The notes under the pieces are model-generated. The model worked only from the letters and a program-made list of their open reading frames with translations, ran no database searches and had not been told where the DNA came from. Shown here one piece after another: positions 25,140 through 35,843 of a stretch of DNA of 44,200 bases (position 1 is the stretch's first letter; every line of letters begins with the position of its first letter). The DNA lies in assembly GCA_011109175.1 (NCBI GenBank), contig RDEW01000057.1:33605-77804 (forward strand), given 5' to 3'. Both the position numbers and the translations under genes were made by a program. Origin of the DNA: Dicyema japonicum (lineage: Eukaryota; Animalia; Dicyemida).

Positions 25140-25613
25140 ACCCTTTTTAAAAAATATATTCATTTAATTTAGGCAAATATCATATGGGATTCGTATCGTG
25201 CCCATATTTCTTTAAAAGTCAAAGAGCATTGTCGAAAAAGGAATATCCAACTTATTGTTATCCCTGGTGGATTGACTCCCTATTTACAGGCTGGTGTCAT
25301 AAAGATATTTAAGGAGTTTAGGGATAAAATTTCCCTTATTATTAATGAATGGGAAAACTCCTCAGATATTGAATATATTAGTGGTGATTGTAGTAAACGG
25401 TTAGGTTAAATCTTCTTGGAATACTTTAAGCAATGCTACAATTTTGAATTATATTAATTCAGCAGGGTTCTTAAACTCGACTGAAAATTGGCATATTATT
25501 AACTAACTTAACTGTCCCAAACTGGGATCATCAAAAATAAATATAATGAAAAATTGACTGTTTTCAAAAACTGCCCCTAAAAGCGGGGGTGCCCCAAACC
25601 GGGGCCGTACTGT
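25140..25613 (+). mobile_element. pogo DDE 3' remnant with right terminus
   Basis: QLIVIPGGLTPYLQAG..IFKEFRDKI. Ends CCCCAAACCGGGGCCGTACTG-TA. Confidence 0.65.
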
Positions 25614-25639
25614 AGTGATATTTTGATATTGATTGAAAT

Positions 25640-27000
25640 TGTTGTTAACAAGGAAAAAGAGTAAACAAAGTAACTAATAACTACAGCATTATCAAGAAGA
25701 TCGTGATTCGTGTCTCGGATCCAGTAGTTTTTGTGAATTGATATGTTGATCCCTACTTTCTTGTACTGTTTCTTTATTGAAAGTCATTTTAGTGGGAGGT
25801 GTATTTGTAGCACAACTATTTGTTGTAGAGTTTGGTGTATTAGGTATTGTATTCGGTCGAAAACATGTTTTTTGGTTGAATACGACATTCTACTGGTTCC
25901 AAGAGAAGCTATAAAAAGTAATTAAATTTGGAGACCACCAACCTAAATTGATTTTGTAGATAATTGGTGTCTATATCAAACTGTTAACCAGTTCGAAATT
26001 GATGAAAGACTTGAGTGTATGTTTGATCTAACATATAAATCAATTTATTTTGTGAAATACAATAATAGACAGCAGGGAAAGGAATTAAGATAATTGAATA
26101 TCCATAATATGTATCAAACGTTTCGGCCACGAATTGAGTTTCTGCAGAATTTTTTTTATTTTCAGAATCACCCTTAAAATGTGTTATGATCACCAATACA
26201 GTGGTATTGTAGTTATTCGCCATGTATAGAGGCATGTATGTATCTCCTAATGTAAACTAACTGATTATTTTGAAATTCAACACTGTCAGCCGGGAGTATT
26301 GTGACGATGCAGTCCGTGAAATAGTTATCCGCGTATAAAATTCACTTATCCTCGAACATTTTCCATCCAGTCAAGTAGGCCCGGGAAACTCTATTGGGAG
26401 TAAGCATGTTGTGCCCTAATAACTGTCAATGATTACAAATGACAATACTTTTTCAGTACTCATTTTAATTCTTTTGAATATACCTTTCACTTCAACGACT
26501 CTTGTGGAAATGATTACTTTGACTTTTGTTTGGGTCGATGTGGTCCCAGAGTAACTGTCAATGAATACAAATGACAATACTCTTTCACTACTCATTTCAA
26601 TCCCGTTGAATACTCTGTTCACTTCGATGACTCTTGTGGAGATTATTCCTCTGGCTTTTGTTTTGGTCGGGTCAGAAATAAGGAAAGATGAGTCTACAAA
26701 TGTGAACAAACCACTTTTCAAACTATAAGTGGATATCAGTTATTCAACTATTATTGTTTTTAATCCGAAACATGAAAGAATACACATGTGCAGCATCCAA
26801 AGTAATTTTCTCCTCCATTTTCACATGTTAAATGAGATACTATCTGGGCAGGAATTGCAGTTTATGTTAAGGAAAATGGCGAAATTTGTTTCAAGACTTT
26901 TATTGAGATAAAGAATATCACGGAAAACTTCTTAGGGAAATTTTATATTATTAGAAATTATTTCGATAGAACTCTGTTCATGACTGTCTTATCTTGTTGT
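25640..27000 (-). pseudogene. Decayed Ser/Thr-rich surface-protein gene with an internal 132-bp duplication
   Basis: RPNTIPNTPNSTTNSCATNTPPT stalk followed by a hydrophobic C-terminal tail interrupted by a frameshift and a stop. Two 44-aa repeats (..IISTRV(I/V)EV..VLSFV.IDSY) at about 26420-26670. Micro-intron-like GT..AG segments. Confidence 0.4.
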
Positions 27001-27089
27001 AAATTACAATGGAAGCCAGCATTGTTAATCAACATAAGCCAAACTTGAAGGTTAATTTCATAGCATATCTTTTTGTTTTGTCAAAAATG

Positions 27090-28870
27090 TCAATAATCAG
27101 TTGCTTTTCGTCGGAGAACATTCAACATTCGCATCCATATAAAAGTCCTGGTTCGATCACACTCTTTTAGATATAAACAAACGTGTCGGTATTCAAGTCG
27201 AAGTGAATCAGGCTCTTTAGGATTCTTGTTGCCTTCTTTTTCTTCAATACGCATCCATTGATCCTTTTTCCATGGTTGTCGAAAACCATTCCAAGATAAC
27301 GGACTCTGAGTCCGAACCAACTCTGATATTAGACTATCAGCCTGTCTCTCACTTATTTTCTTCGATATGTGCGTAACTGTACATTTTTCCGACGCCATAG
27401 AGAGACCCTTCCTTGTACACCAGTTTTGATTCTCGAAACTATACCATTTAACTTTCAAAATGAGAATAGCCACTTTCAAAATGAAATAGTCACTTTCAAA
27501 ATGAGAATAACCACTTTCAAAATGAAATAGTCACTTTCAAAATGAGAATAGTCACTTTCAAAATGGAATAGTCACTTTCAATATGAGAATAGTCACTTTC
27601 AAAATGAGAATAGTCACTTTCAATAGTTTGAGAAGCCTGCGTTGTGAATCCACCAATCTTCAAGACATGTCCGTTATGAGCACATCATCCGCATAAATGA
27701 TAAGATTGCCATTCTGGTGTTCTGGCTTTGGAATATCCGCCATGTAGATGTTGAATAATAGTGGACTAAGAGGATATCCTTGTGGAACTTCTCTTTTCAA
27801 CATCAAGACTTTTGAAACATTATTTCCGCATCGGAAGTAGGATTTTCTATTTTCTATGAAACTTCTGAGCCAGTTGAAACATGTTTCGTCGATTTTTGTG
27901 TGGGCAATTTGGACAAAAAGTTCCAAATGCCACACACTGTCAAACGCCATTGAAATATCCAGACAAACGGTGATAAGAGTCACATCACTTGTTTAGAATT
28001 GTTCAATTTCTTCGTGAACCTAGAAAAGGCAGTCGCCACGTGATCGTACACGCCGAAAACCCCATTGTTGATCGCAAAGAAATTTTATGCTCTCAACGTG
28101 GGCGGATGATTTTCTGAACACGAATTTCTCCATTATCTTGACAGTGAGCAGATAAGGCTAATAAATCTATAGTTAAAAGCTCGGTCTTTGCTTTTCTTCG
28201 ATTTTGGTATCATCCGTACTTCTGACCGTCTCCAGGCTGATGGTAGATTTTCATTTAAAATCTCAATTATTAAAAGAAGCAGTCTAGCTGTTGCATTCTT
28301 GTATACCGCCATTGGGATCCGGCCAAAACCAGGTGCGTTGTTTTTGCAGGTATTTATCATATCAGATAATTCCTTTATAGTGATCCCGTCATATTTATTT
28401 GACAAGTATTTCATAAAATCTTCCAGTCGCATTCTTTGTCTTCAAAAGTATCGATGGATACTATATTTCTTGGGTCGACCTCTTGGACTTTTTCTAACTG
28501 TTCTCGAAATAGAGATGGGGCATCCTCTTTTGCCATCGACTGACCATCCTCATTCTTTAGAGAAATCTCTTCTCCTTTAGAATCCTTATCATTTAGACGA
28601 TTGTTGGCCTTCCAAAAATTTGGATTCTTTTTATTCTGCTTCATACATTTGCCCCTCCAAAATTTATTCTCTTCTTCTTTAGGTTGTGTGAAAATGATCT
28701 TCTGAATATTATAAATTCTGATTCTAAGTTCTTGACGATCCAAGGGATTGACACATCTTCGCAATTTCTTGCATAATCTTTGTTTTTTCTCAATTTGAGC
28801 GTTCCTGTTATTTGGTCCTTTTTTAAGGATAACTTTTGGCGAATACATTTCAAGAAAAACCAAAATTAGT
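27090..28870 (-). mobile_element. Degenerate Jockey/L2/I-type LINE ORF2 (RT)
   Basis: KNNAPGFGRI, LPSAWRRSEVRMIPK, NYRFISL, QWGFR, LDISMAFDSVWH, VPQGYPLSPLLFNIYMAD and YADD, with many frameshifts. Clade not resolved. Confidence 0.88.
27451..27624. repeat. Minisatellite, about 8.4 units of ACTTTCAAAATG(AG)AATAGTC (21/20 bp)
   Basis: Units start at 27451, 27472, 27492, 27513, 27533, 27554, 27574, 27595 and 27616. Confidence 0.95.
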
Positions 28871-29221
28871 TTCCTGAAAAAAACAAAGATTATGCAGGAA
28901 ATGAGGTCAGAATCAATTTTTCCGATTTTCCTATTGATTTAATTGGTTCAATAACTTCTTTTTGGGACACCTAGTGCGCCAAAAACAAGGGTTTCCCCAG
29001 ATAGAGGATTTTTTGATACTAACAAAAAAATTAAAGTTTTGTTACTTTAAAACCAAAAAGATGTTTATTTTAAATTTCATTTAACGATTTTAATCTTTAG
29101 TCTTTCTTCCCGAATTTGTACTATTGAATTATTAACTTGTTCTCTTGCTGTTGCAAAACTGTGTGGCTTGCACGTGCGTAGTTTAGGCACGTACGTGCCT
29201 TGGCTATGCTCTAAGAGCTCT

Positions 29222-29410
29222 ATTGATTATTTATTATTATTATTTAAACACCAAGACCACGGTAAAAACCGAACAAAAGTCACGTGATCCCGATGCACTC
29301 AACCAGGGACCGCATCCTCTCTCGGTGCTTTACCCACGAGCCCACACAAGATTGTACCGGGCGGCTAGCCGGTTTCGCCGCGACATTGGCCGGCAATCTG
29401 GAGGTCTGCT
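29222..29410 (-). mobile_element. GC-rich retroposon-like 3' end with a (TAA)n-like tail
   Basis: GC-rich island in an AT-rich background. On the minus strand it ends TAAATAATAATAATAAATAAT. Family unknown. Confidence 0.35.
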
Positions 29411-29581
29411 TCTAAAAAGAATTTCGAAAACGAAATTAATGTCAAAATTAGATTTGACTGAATTTCATTAATCTTTTAATTAAAATGAATTCCTCATTAA
29501 AATTATATACTTTTTTTAATAATAATAAAATTTGTTCGAATTAAATTACATTAAAATAATTAGGTCCGCTTGTGATTATAT

Positions 29582-30108
29582 ATGCTAATAACAATTTTAA
29601 TTTTTATTCTGTCTAATGTGACTTGTGGTCCAGTACTATTTGAAACATGTGGGGGATCATCTTCTATAACAAGCATTGATGTTACAGACTGCAACACGAC
29701 TTCGTGTATTCTATATGGAGGAGAGAATTTAGACATAAAAATAAATCTAACAATATGTATAGCTACGACTTTATTTTTAGCAAAATCACTCAACAATTTA
29801 AAAGCGGAAGGATTCGTTAAAACACCTCACATTACTATTTTTCCAACTTCTGACGCATGTCCTTATATTTCAGGGGAGTGTCCACCTGTGGAAAACGATA
29901 AAATCTGCTTTGACTATAAAACGAAACTTCCCAATATACGTTTGATAGTATTTTTAATATATTTATCATATAGCGGATGAGTCTAGAAGTTTTTTGGAGG
30001 TTTTTTGAAGGTAATGAAATAATCGCCTGCGCAAAATTTGATGTAAAGACCACCTCGCACAAAAATAATTTCAAAGAGGGAATTGATGTCAAAATTAGTT
30101 TTGAATGA
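29582..30108 (+). CDS. NPC2-like / ML-domain secreted lipid-binding protein, 2 micro-introns
   Basis: Signal peptide followed by FETCG..IDVTDC..CIL..DAC..GECP..IACAKFD, the six-Cys ML pattern. Introns 29757-29780 and 29948-29973. Stop at 30106-30108. Confidence 0.85.
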
Positions 30109-30129
30109 ATTTCATNAAATATAGTAAGT

Positions 30130-31375
30130 TTATTGAGAGGTGCATTGAGTAGTATGTGACTGACCATGAAAATGGCTTCTTTCTTCATCCTCTTGTTCAT
30201 CATCAGACTGAGTTCCTCCAGTAAATCGAGTTTGTTCAACAAAGCTATCCATTTTGACAAGAACAGCATCAGATTGATTACATTCCTTTTCAGGCCCAAA
30301 GTTTCTATTCAAATGTTTTTTCAAAATCTAAAAATAAGAATCTCAAAATAAAACTAAAAGGTCCGATTCTGATGCAAAGTTGTCAGGAGGATACTCCACT
30401 GTGAAACAAATATAAAGATTGCCTCGAGGTCCGTCATTGGGAGGCATTCCTTCATTCTTCACTATCCGAATATCGTCTACACTACATATACCAATAAAAC
30501 CATTTTTTATTATCTTGTTGACATGCAAATAGAAACACGTACCATCCAAACGTTGGACGGGAAATTTAGCCCCACAGATGGCTTCCGACATTATCACAGT
30601 TTTGTTCATTATCAAATCACCACGTTCGCATCTGAATGTATCATGTGGTTTCTGATCAACTTTAATTACAATATCTCCAGCCTCCATTCCCGGCTATAAA
30701 TAGTGAAACCCCAAACCAACCAATTGGTCGCCTTCTCCTCTCAAAGTAATACACGAGTCTTGACAGGATCCGGGTGGGAAGGTCACTTCCACCGTATTGC
30801 AGGATGCAATTACTTTATTTCCCTCACATTCCGAACACCGGTCAGAATAGTCAACCGACTCCCCTTAAAAAAATTATTAGTAATGAAAATTATTTAAGTT
30901 TTGGATAAATGGTACAATCGAATATTTATACCTTGTCCTCCACAGTCATCACATTGAGCTTGAACCTGAGTTCTTAGTCCGAGACCAATTTGTTGGACAC
31001 GAATGACTCTGCCTTTTCCTCTACAGGTAGAGCAGGAATAATTTCGACCAGATTTACTCCCAGAACTTAATAATGTAATGATTATTCTTACCCACGGCAT
31101 GTTTTACAAGTAACTTTCTTTTTAATCATAAGTTTTGTTTTTTTGCCTTTGTAGCAATCCTCTAAAGACAGACTTAAGGAAATAAAGCTCATTTGGGGGT
31201 TACCCGAATGGTATATATGTCATCTCAGATTTACGAGATGACCTGCTTCTTCTTGAATTTCCTTGACGACCAAGAAAACTCTCAAATATTCCTTCACCAA
31301 AACCATCCCCAAAAACTAAGAAAATGTTATTAAGACATTACAGTCATCAGATGAAGTAAAAAATCTGTCGACCAT
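30130..31375 (-). CDS. DnaJ subfamily A (type I)-like protein without a J-domain
   Basis: The spliced frame is open: G/F region, LSLEDCYKG, four zinc-finger repeats (CKTCRGSG, CSTCRGKG, CDDCGGQG, CSECEGNK), GEGDQL|PGMEAGDIV, EAICG, NEGMP, GNLYI and C-terminal CaaX CTSQ*. Confidence 0.88.
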
Positions 31376-31499
31376 CTTCAACTATTTTAAAAAATAGAAA
31401 TATTAACAAGACCACGTAGAATGAAACGAGCAAGAATTAAGTTCCTAGAATTTTCGATAATTATATAATTTTTAGAAGATAATTAGAAAAAACTAATAA

Positions 31500-31905
31500 C
31501 AAAGACAATATATGTATTTAATTTCCCGAAAATCAATCATTTCAGAAGAACTGGAACAAACCTTCCAGTGTCGAACGTTGTTTTTTGGGCACAACATACG
31601 CAGATACTTTCGCTCAACATCCCTGGACTTTTCTGTCATGACTCCTTGATATACATTTTCGGGAAAAAGAGACAAAGATAAAAATATATGCCTTTCTCCC
31701 AATGTCAGTTTTTGTTCCCCTTGCCTTTGAAACCAGTGGTTTTGTTGGCAAGCGTGCACATGTGTGTCTTTCTAAGCTCGGGTACAAATCATTGCGAAGA
31801 TTCATGACTATTTCAAGACCATCTAGCTGTTCCAAATGGTCTCATTTACAATCCTTCGTGGGCAATGCTAGTCAATCTGATTGCCAACTGTTTGTTGGAT
31901 GTTAA
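31500..31905 (+). mobile_element. CRE-like non-LTR 3' remnant
   Basis: VFVPLAFETSGFVG..LSKLG..GNA, the same motif order as at 18245-18522. Confidence 0.55.
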
Positions 31906-32229
31906 TTATTAACTTTTTTACATTTAAACAGACAAATCAAATTAATCTAATAATTGGATTTATTCTCCTTTTTGGTAATCAATTCGCTGATCCATCAAGT
32001 CCTGACATATTTTCTCGTCATATTTCAGTAAGGTAGCTGACTCCTCTGCAAGCTAACTGACATTCGCAGTTCTCATTTAGCAACTGACTGTTTGTTACCA
32101 TCACAATTTGATTGTTATAGTTTTTTATTTTCATGCCATGTTCTGTGTTCACTAACTATTTGTAAATAATTTAATTATCAGCTGACTCTGTCCAACTTTA
32201 TTCTTTTAGAAGTTAGTTAGTTATTAACC

Positions 32230-32570
32230 CTGACTTCTTATGGACGAAGACGGCGGCTATTAGAAAACTGTGCAGGTATTACTGGTCGCTTCCGGAGATG
32301 TTGAGGTCAGATGTGGAAAGAGAATGACGGTGGGTTTGGGCAGGTGAAGAGGTGGTGGACATCATAAACAATGCCCTGGGACTATCAATCAAAGAATAAA
32401 TAGTTCCCATATGACGGTTCAAATATCCATTAGTAACTAAACACGGAAGGCAAGGCTCTCTAAACCGAAAAAGCGACTTTGGCCAATAGTCAAATTAAAC
32501 TCCCCTGTCTTTCTTGGAAAATTTTGAATAACCTGAATGTATTCAAATTCCTACACAGTTTAACCTTTAT
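32230..32570 (-). mobile_element. Probable LINE 3' remnant (CCHC knuckle)
   Basis: The minus strand reads ..YDVHHLFTCPNP, which resembles the LINE ORF2 C-terminal zinc knuckle. GC content is elevated. Confidence 0.35.
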
Positions 32571-32599
32571 TGCTCGCCATTTAAAAAATTTTAGCCAAC

Positions 32600-32819
32600 T
32601 TTTAAATTTTCATTAATACTTTGCGCAAATATGACTTGATATGATAAAAGAACCCCATCGATGATCGGAAAGTCTAAGAAACCAAGGTGTTTTAAAAACA
32701 TGAACGTTGATGAGGAGTATTTACAATACAACAATTCTTCAAAGGCTTGGGTTGGATAATTGTATAATTGGAACATGACTGTCAAACAAAAACAAAGGAG
32801 GATACTTTTGATTGTAGAC
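32600..32819 (+). mobile_element. pogo/Tigger DDE remnant truncated by the hAT end
   Basis: NSSKAW..LYNWNMTVKQKQRRILLIVD stops exactly at the hAT terminus. Confidence 0.55.
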
Positions 32820-33467
32820 CAGCGGTTCTCAACATTTGGGTTGTGGAAGCCAAATCAATATTTAAATTTCCTTACCGGGGCCGCCATAATTCTTAACAAT
32901 AATTTGGGCGGCGGCCAGCATTCTCCCTCTCTTACGGATCGCTAAGGAGTTCGCAACCTGTTTGCAGATCATGGAATTAAACTTTTATTTCCTTTAAATT
33001 AAAGTATTATTTGTTTATTAAGTTATTGAAATCAAGAATAATTAAGGTTGAAGATGTTCGTAGCAGCTGATTCAAGTGATTATCTGTGAGTTTGTTGCGA
33101 TATTTATTTTTTATTCGAATCATTTTACTAAATATTGATTCGCATACATATGTAGATCCAAACATTGATATATTCATATATGCATTGTATGTTATATTTT
33201 CGAACTTTTCTTGAGAAAGTAATTCGTAAAAATTACATTTACATAAATGCACCCCAAAACGTGCTTCAAATTGATTAATTAAATCAGAAATTATAGATAT
33301 GTATTTTTCATAGTCAGCGCCTTCATTGTTTTCAGATAGTGAATAAAATCTCCGTCTTTAAGTAAAGTCATCCATAAATATAATTTTTCGATAAACGAGG
33401 AAATATATCCATATAAATGATAACAAATATATCCAAAAGAGCTCTTCAAGAGTTGCAACGTGTTACA

Positions 33468-35224
33468 TCTTAATAATAAAATGGTATGTGTGTGTGTCTG
33501 TCTGTCTGTGTGTCTGTCTGTCTGTGTGTCTGTGTACACCAACTTCAAATTGGCAAAATACAGATAAATTGTCAGAATCCTTTCCTTTTATAATTAGCCA
33601 ATAATGGGGAACAAAAAATGATGAGGTCCCTAAAACCTTCCCGCCAAGAAAATTAAAAAAATTTTCTGCATTTTGGTTAAAATGAACAGCAACGATGTCC
33701 TCGACTTACATGATGAGGTCCCTAAAACCTTCCCCAAAAAAATTAAAAAAACATTTTCTGCATTTTGGTTAAAATGAACAACAACGATGTCCTCGACTTA
33801 CATGATGCAGTCCCTAAAACCTTCCAGCCAAAAAAAATTAAAAAAACATTTTCTGCATTTTGATTAAAATGAACAACAAGCATGTCCCCGACTCACATGT
33901 AGGTCCTTTAAAATTAAATGCCAATATATCATTATCGACCATGAATCAAGATTAAAGCTATTATCATATTTGACCTTGCCAGAGTGTGCAATTAATAGAT
34001 TGCACGACCTTGAATAGACTGTGTAATTAACAGATTTGACAACCACTTTAACACTTATTAACCACATTAGCACAATCATTAACACAATTGACCACCAATT
34101 GACAGCGAAATTAGAAGAATTTTCGTAGAAATATTAACTATTTAATTAAGTTTTTCGTAAAGATACAAATTATTTTCGGTATGCCTCTCTTCCTAATCTT
34201 TTTTATTATTCAAAAATAATTTTTTCAATAGATAACCGATGGAAGGAATACGAAGTTGAAACGAAGTCGAATTTATTTTCGGTATGCCTCTCTTCCTATT
34301 CTTTTTTATTATTCAAAAATAATTTTTTCAATAGATAACCGAGGGAAGGAAAACGAAGTTGAAGAACAGAAAGCTCAGCATAAGGTAATTAATGATGTTG
34401 CCTGCCTCTTTTTTGCGTGCCGCTTTTTTTGCTGCTGCAAATCCGCCTGCTGCTTCTTTTCCTGCTCTTAATGTGTAAGTTATTTATTTATTTAATTTGT
34501 CTGTTTGATTTTGTGTGTTTGATTGGTCTGTTTGATTGTGTTTGTGTTGTGCTACCTTCAAAAGCTCCTCCACTGCTCCAAAGAAACCAAAAAAGACCAG
34601 AAAGAAAATCCTCAAAATCAAAAAAAACACACAAAAATAAAAAAAAAAGCACAAAATAAAAAAAACTAAAAAAAATAAATTCCTTAGATCCCTTTGGAAT
34701 GCCTAATCATTTTTTAAAATTAAAGATAGGCGTTCCAGTGGTTTTATTACCAAATCTTGCGCCACCTAAATTATGCAACGGAACGAGGTTAGTTACCAAA
34801 AATTTGATGGCTACGTAATAGAAGCGACGATATTAATAGGTAAGTATAGAGGTGAGGATGCACTACAAATTCCGATGATTACCGTTTAGATTTAAAAGAC
34901 TGCAATTTGCGTTGAGGATGAGTTTTGCGATGACAATAAACAAGGCCCAGGGACAGTCATTAAAGGTAGTTGGCTTATTTTTAGAAAAGCGAGTGCTTTT
35001 CACATGGACAGCTGTATGTGGATGCTCAAGGGTAGGCAGAAGAGAAAATTTATTCATATATGCCAAGGAAGGACGGACGACAAACATCGTTTATCAACAG
35101 GCGTTAGAATAGGGTTACATCAAACCAGGTCGTTTTATATATCTACATAAACTTATAGTTGTTTGATGAAACAGGCCCTCCGCAGGAGCTAGGTCGCGGT
35201 GAGCGAAGCGAGCTGCCGAGCTAG
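33468..35224 (+). mobile_element. Non-autonomous Helitron retaining the Pif1 helicase C-terminus
   Basis: A|TC 5' end, (GT)/(GTCT) microsatellite at 33485-33535, and a 3' GCGAAGC-centred hairpin followed by CTAG|T. Helicase motifs LKLKIGVPV, KLCNGTRL, FAMTINKAQGQSL, HGQLYVGCSRV and TNIVY (34680-35112, frameshifted). Confidence 0.92.
33619..33905. repeat. About 3 copies of a ~92-bp tandem repeat inside the Helitron
   Basis: Recurrent TGATGAGGTCCCTAAAACCTTCC..ATTTTCTGCATTTTGGTTAAAATGAACA..TGTCCTCGACTTACA. Confidence 0.85.
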
Positions 35225-35843
35225 TTATATAATAATAATTAATCTAATTTTCGTGTGTTCTCTCGTTCTATAATTAAAACCGAAAAAAGAGAGAAATTAA
35301 TGAGACAAAGTATGCCTCTTAAAATTATATGTTCATTTTCATAATTTTTTCATTCAAAATCTGAATTTTTCTGTGGCTCCCCTAAAAAGTTCTGTGGCTC
35401 TCAAAGGGGGCACTGGCTCCCCTTGGCAGGGCTGGTTTAGACTGTATATATTTTGTCATAAAAGAGAAAACAGAATCCTAACCACCAATAATACATATTC
35501 AAAAAACAGGGAACAATACAAAAATTTAGAACATGGAAAAGTACATTATTTTAAATGTTAATGACATATTGCTGTCATGAAAGGATTTTCCTCATAACAG
35601 CCTCTCTTATTTATTTAAAATAAAAATTTTGTTGTTGGTATCAAAATATTCTTTCACACAAAATTGTTTTTGGAAAAAATGCATTAAAGTTGACTATCTT
35701 TTCTGACATCGATATACATTTTCTTCATTAATATAATTAACCAATTTATTTCTGACATCGATATGAAAAAATAAAAAAATGAAGATAATAAACGCGTGAA
35801 ATCTTTGTTAGTATAAATAATTTATTATTATTTTAGTTTAAAT

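Larger units (their letters stand above)
32820..35434 (-). mobile_element. Deleted hAT (Charlie/SPIN/GTF2IRD2-like) element containing a nested Helitron
   Basis: Terminus CAGCGGTTCTCAAC at 32820. Dimerisation domain SMFGSTYVCESIFSKMIRIKNKYRNKLTDNHLNQLLR. A second terminus ..TTGGCAGGGCTG ends at 35434. The 8-bp flanks are TTGTAGAC and GTTTAGAC. The two termini match poorly, so their pairing is uncertain. Confidence 0.7.

Noticed and set aside
30108-30130. Only 21 bp between the convergent NPC2-like and DnaJ stop codons
   Set aside because: An N at 30116 marks a join, so the true distance is uncertain.
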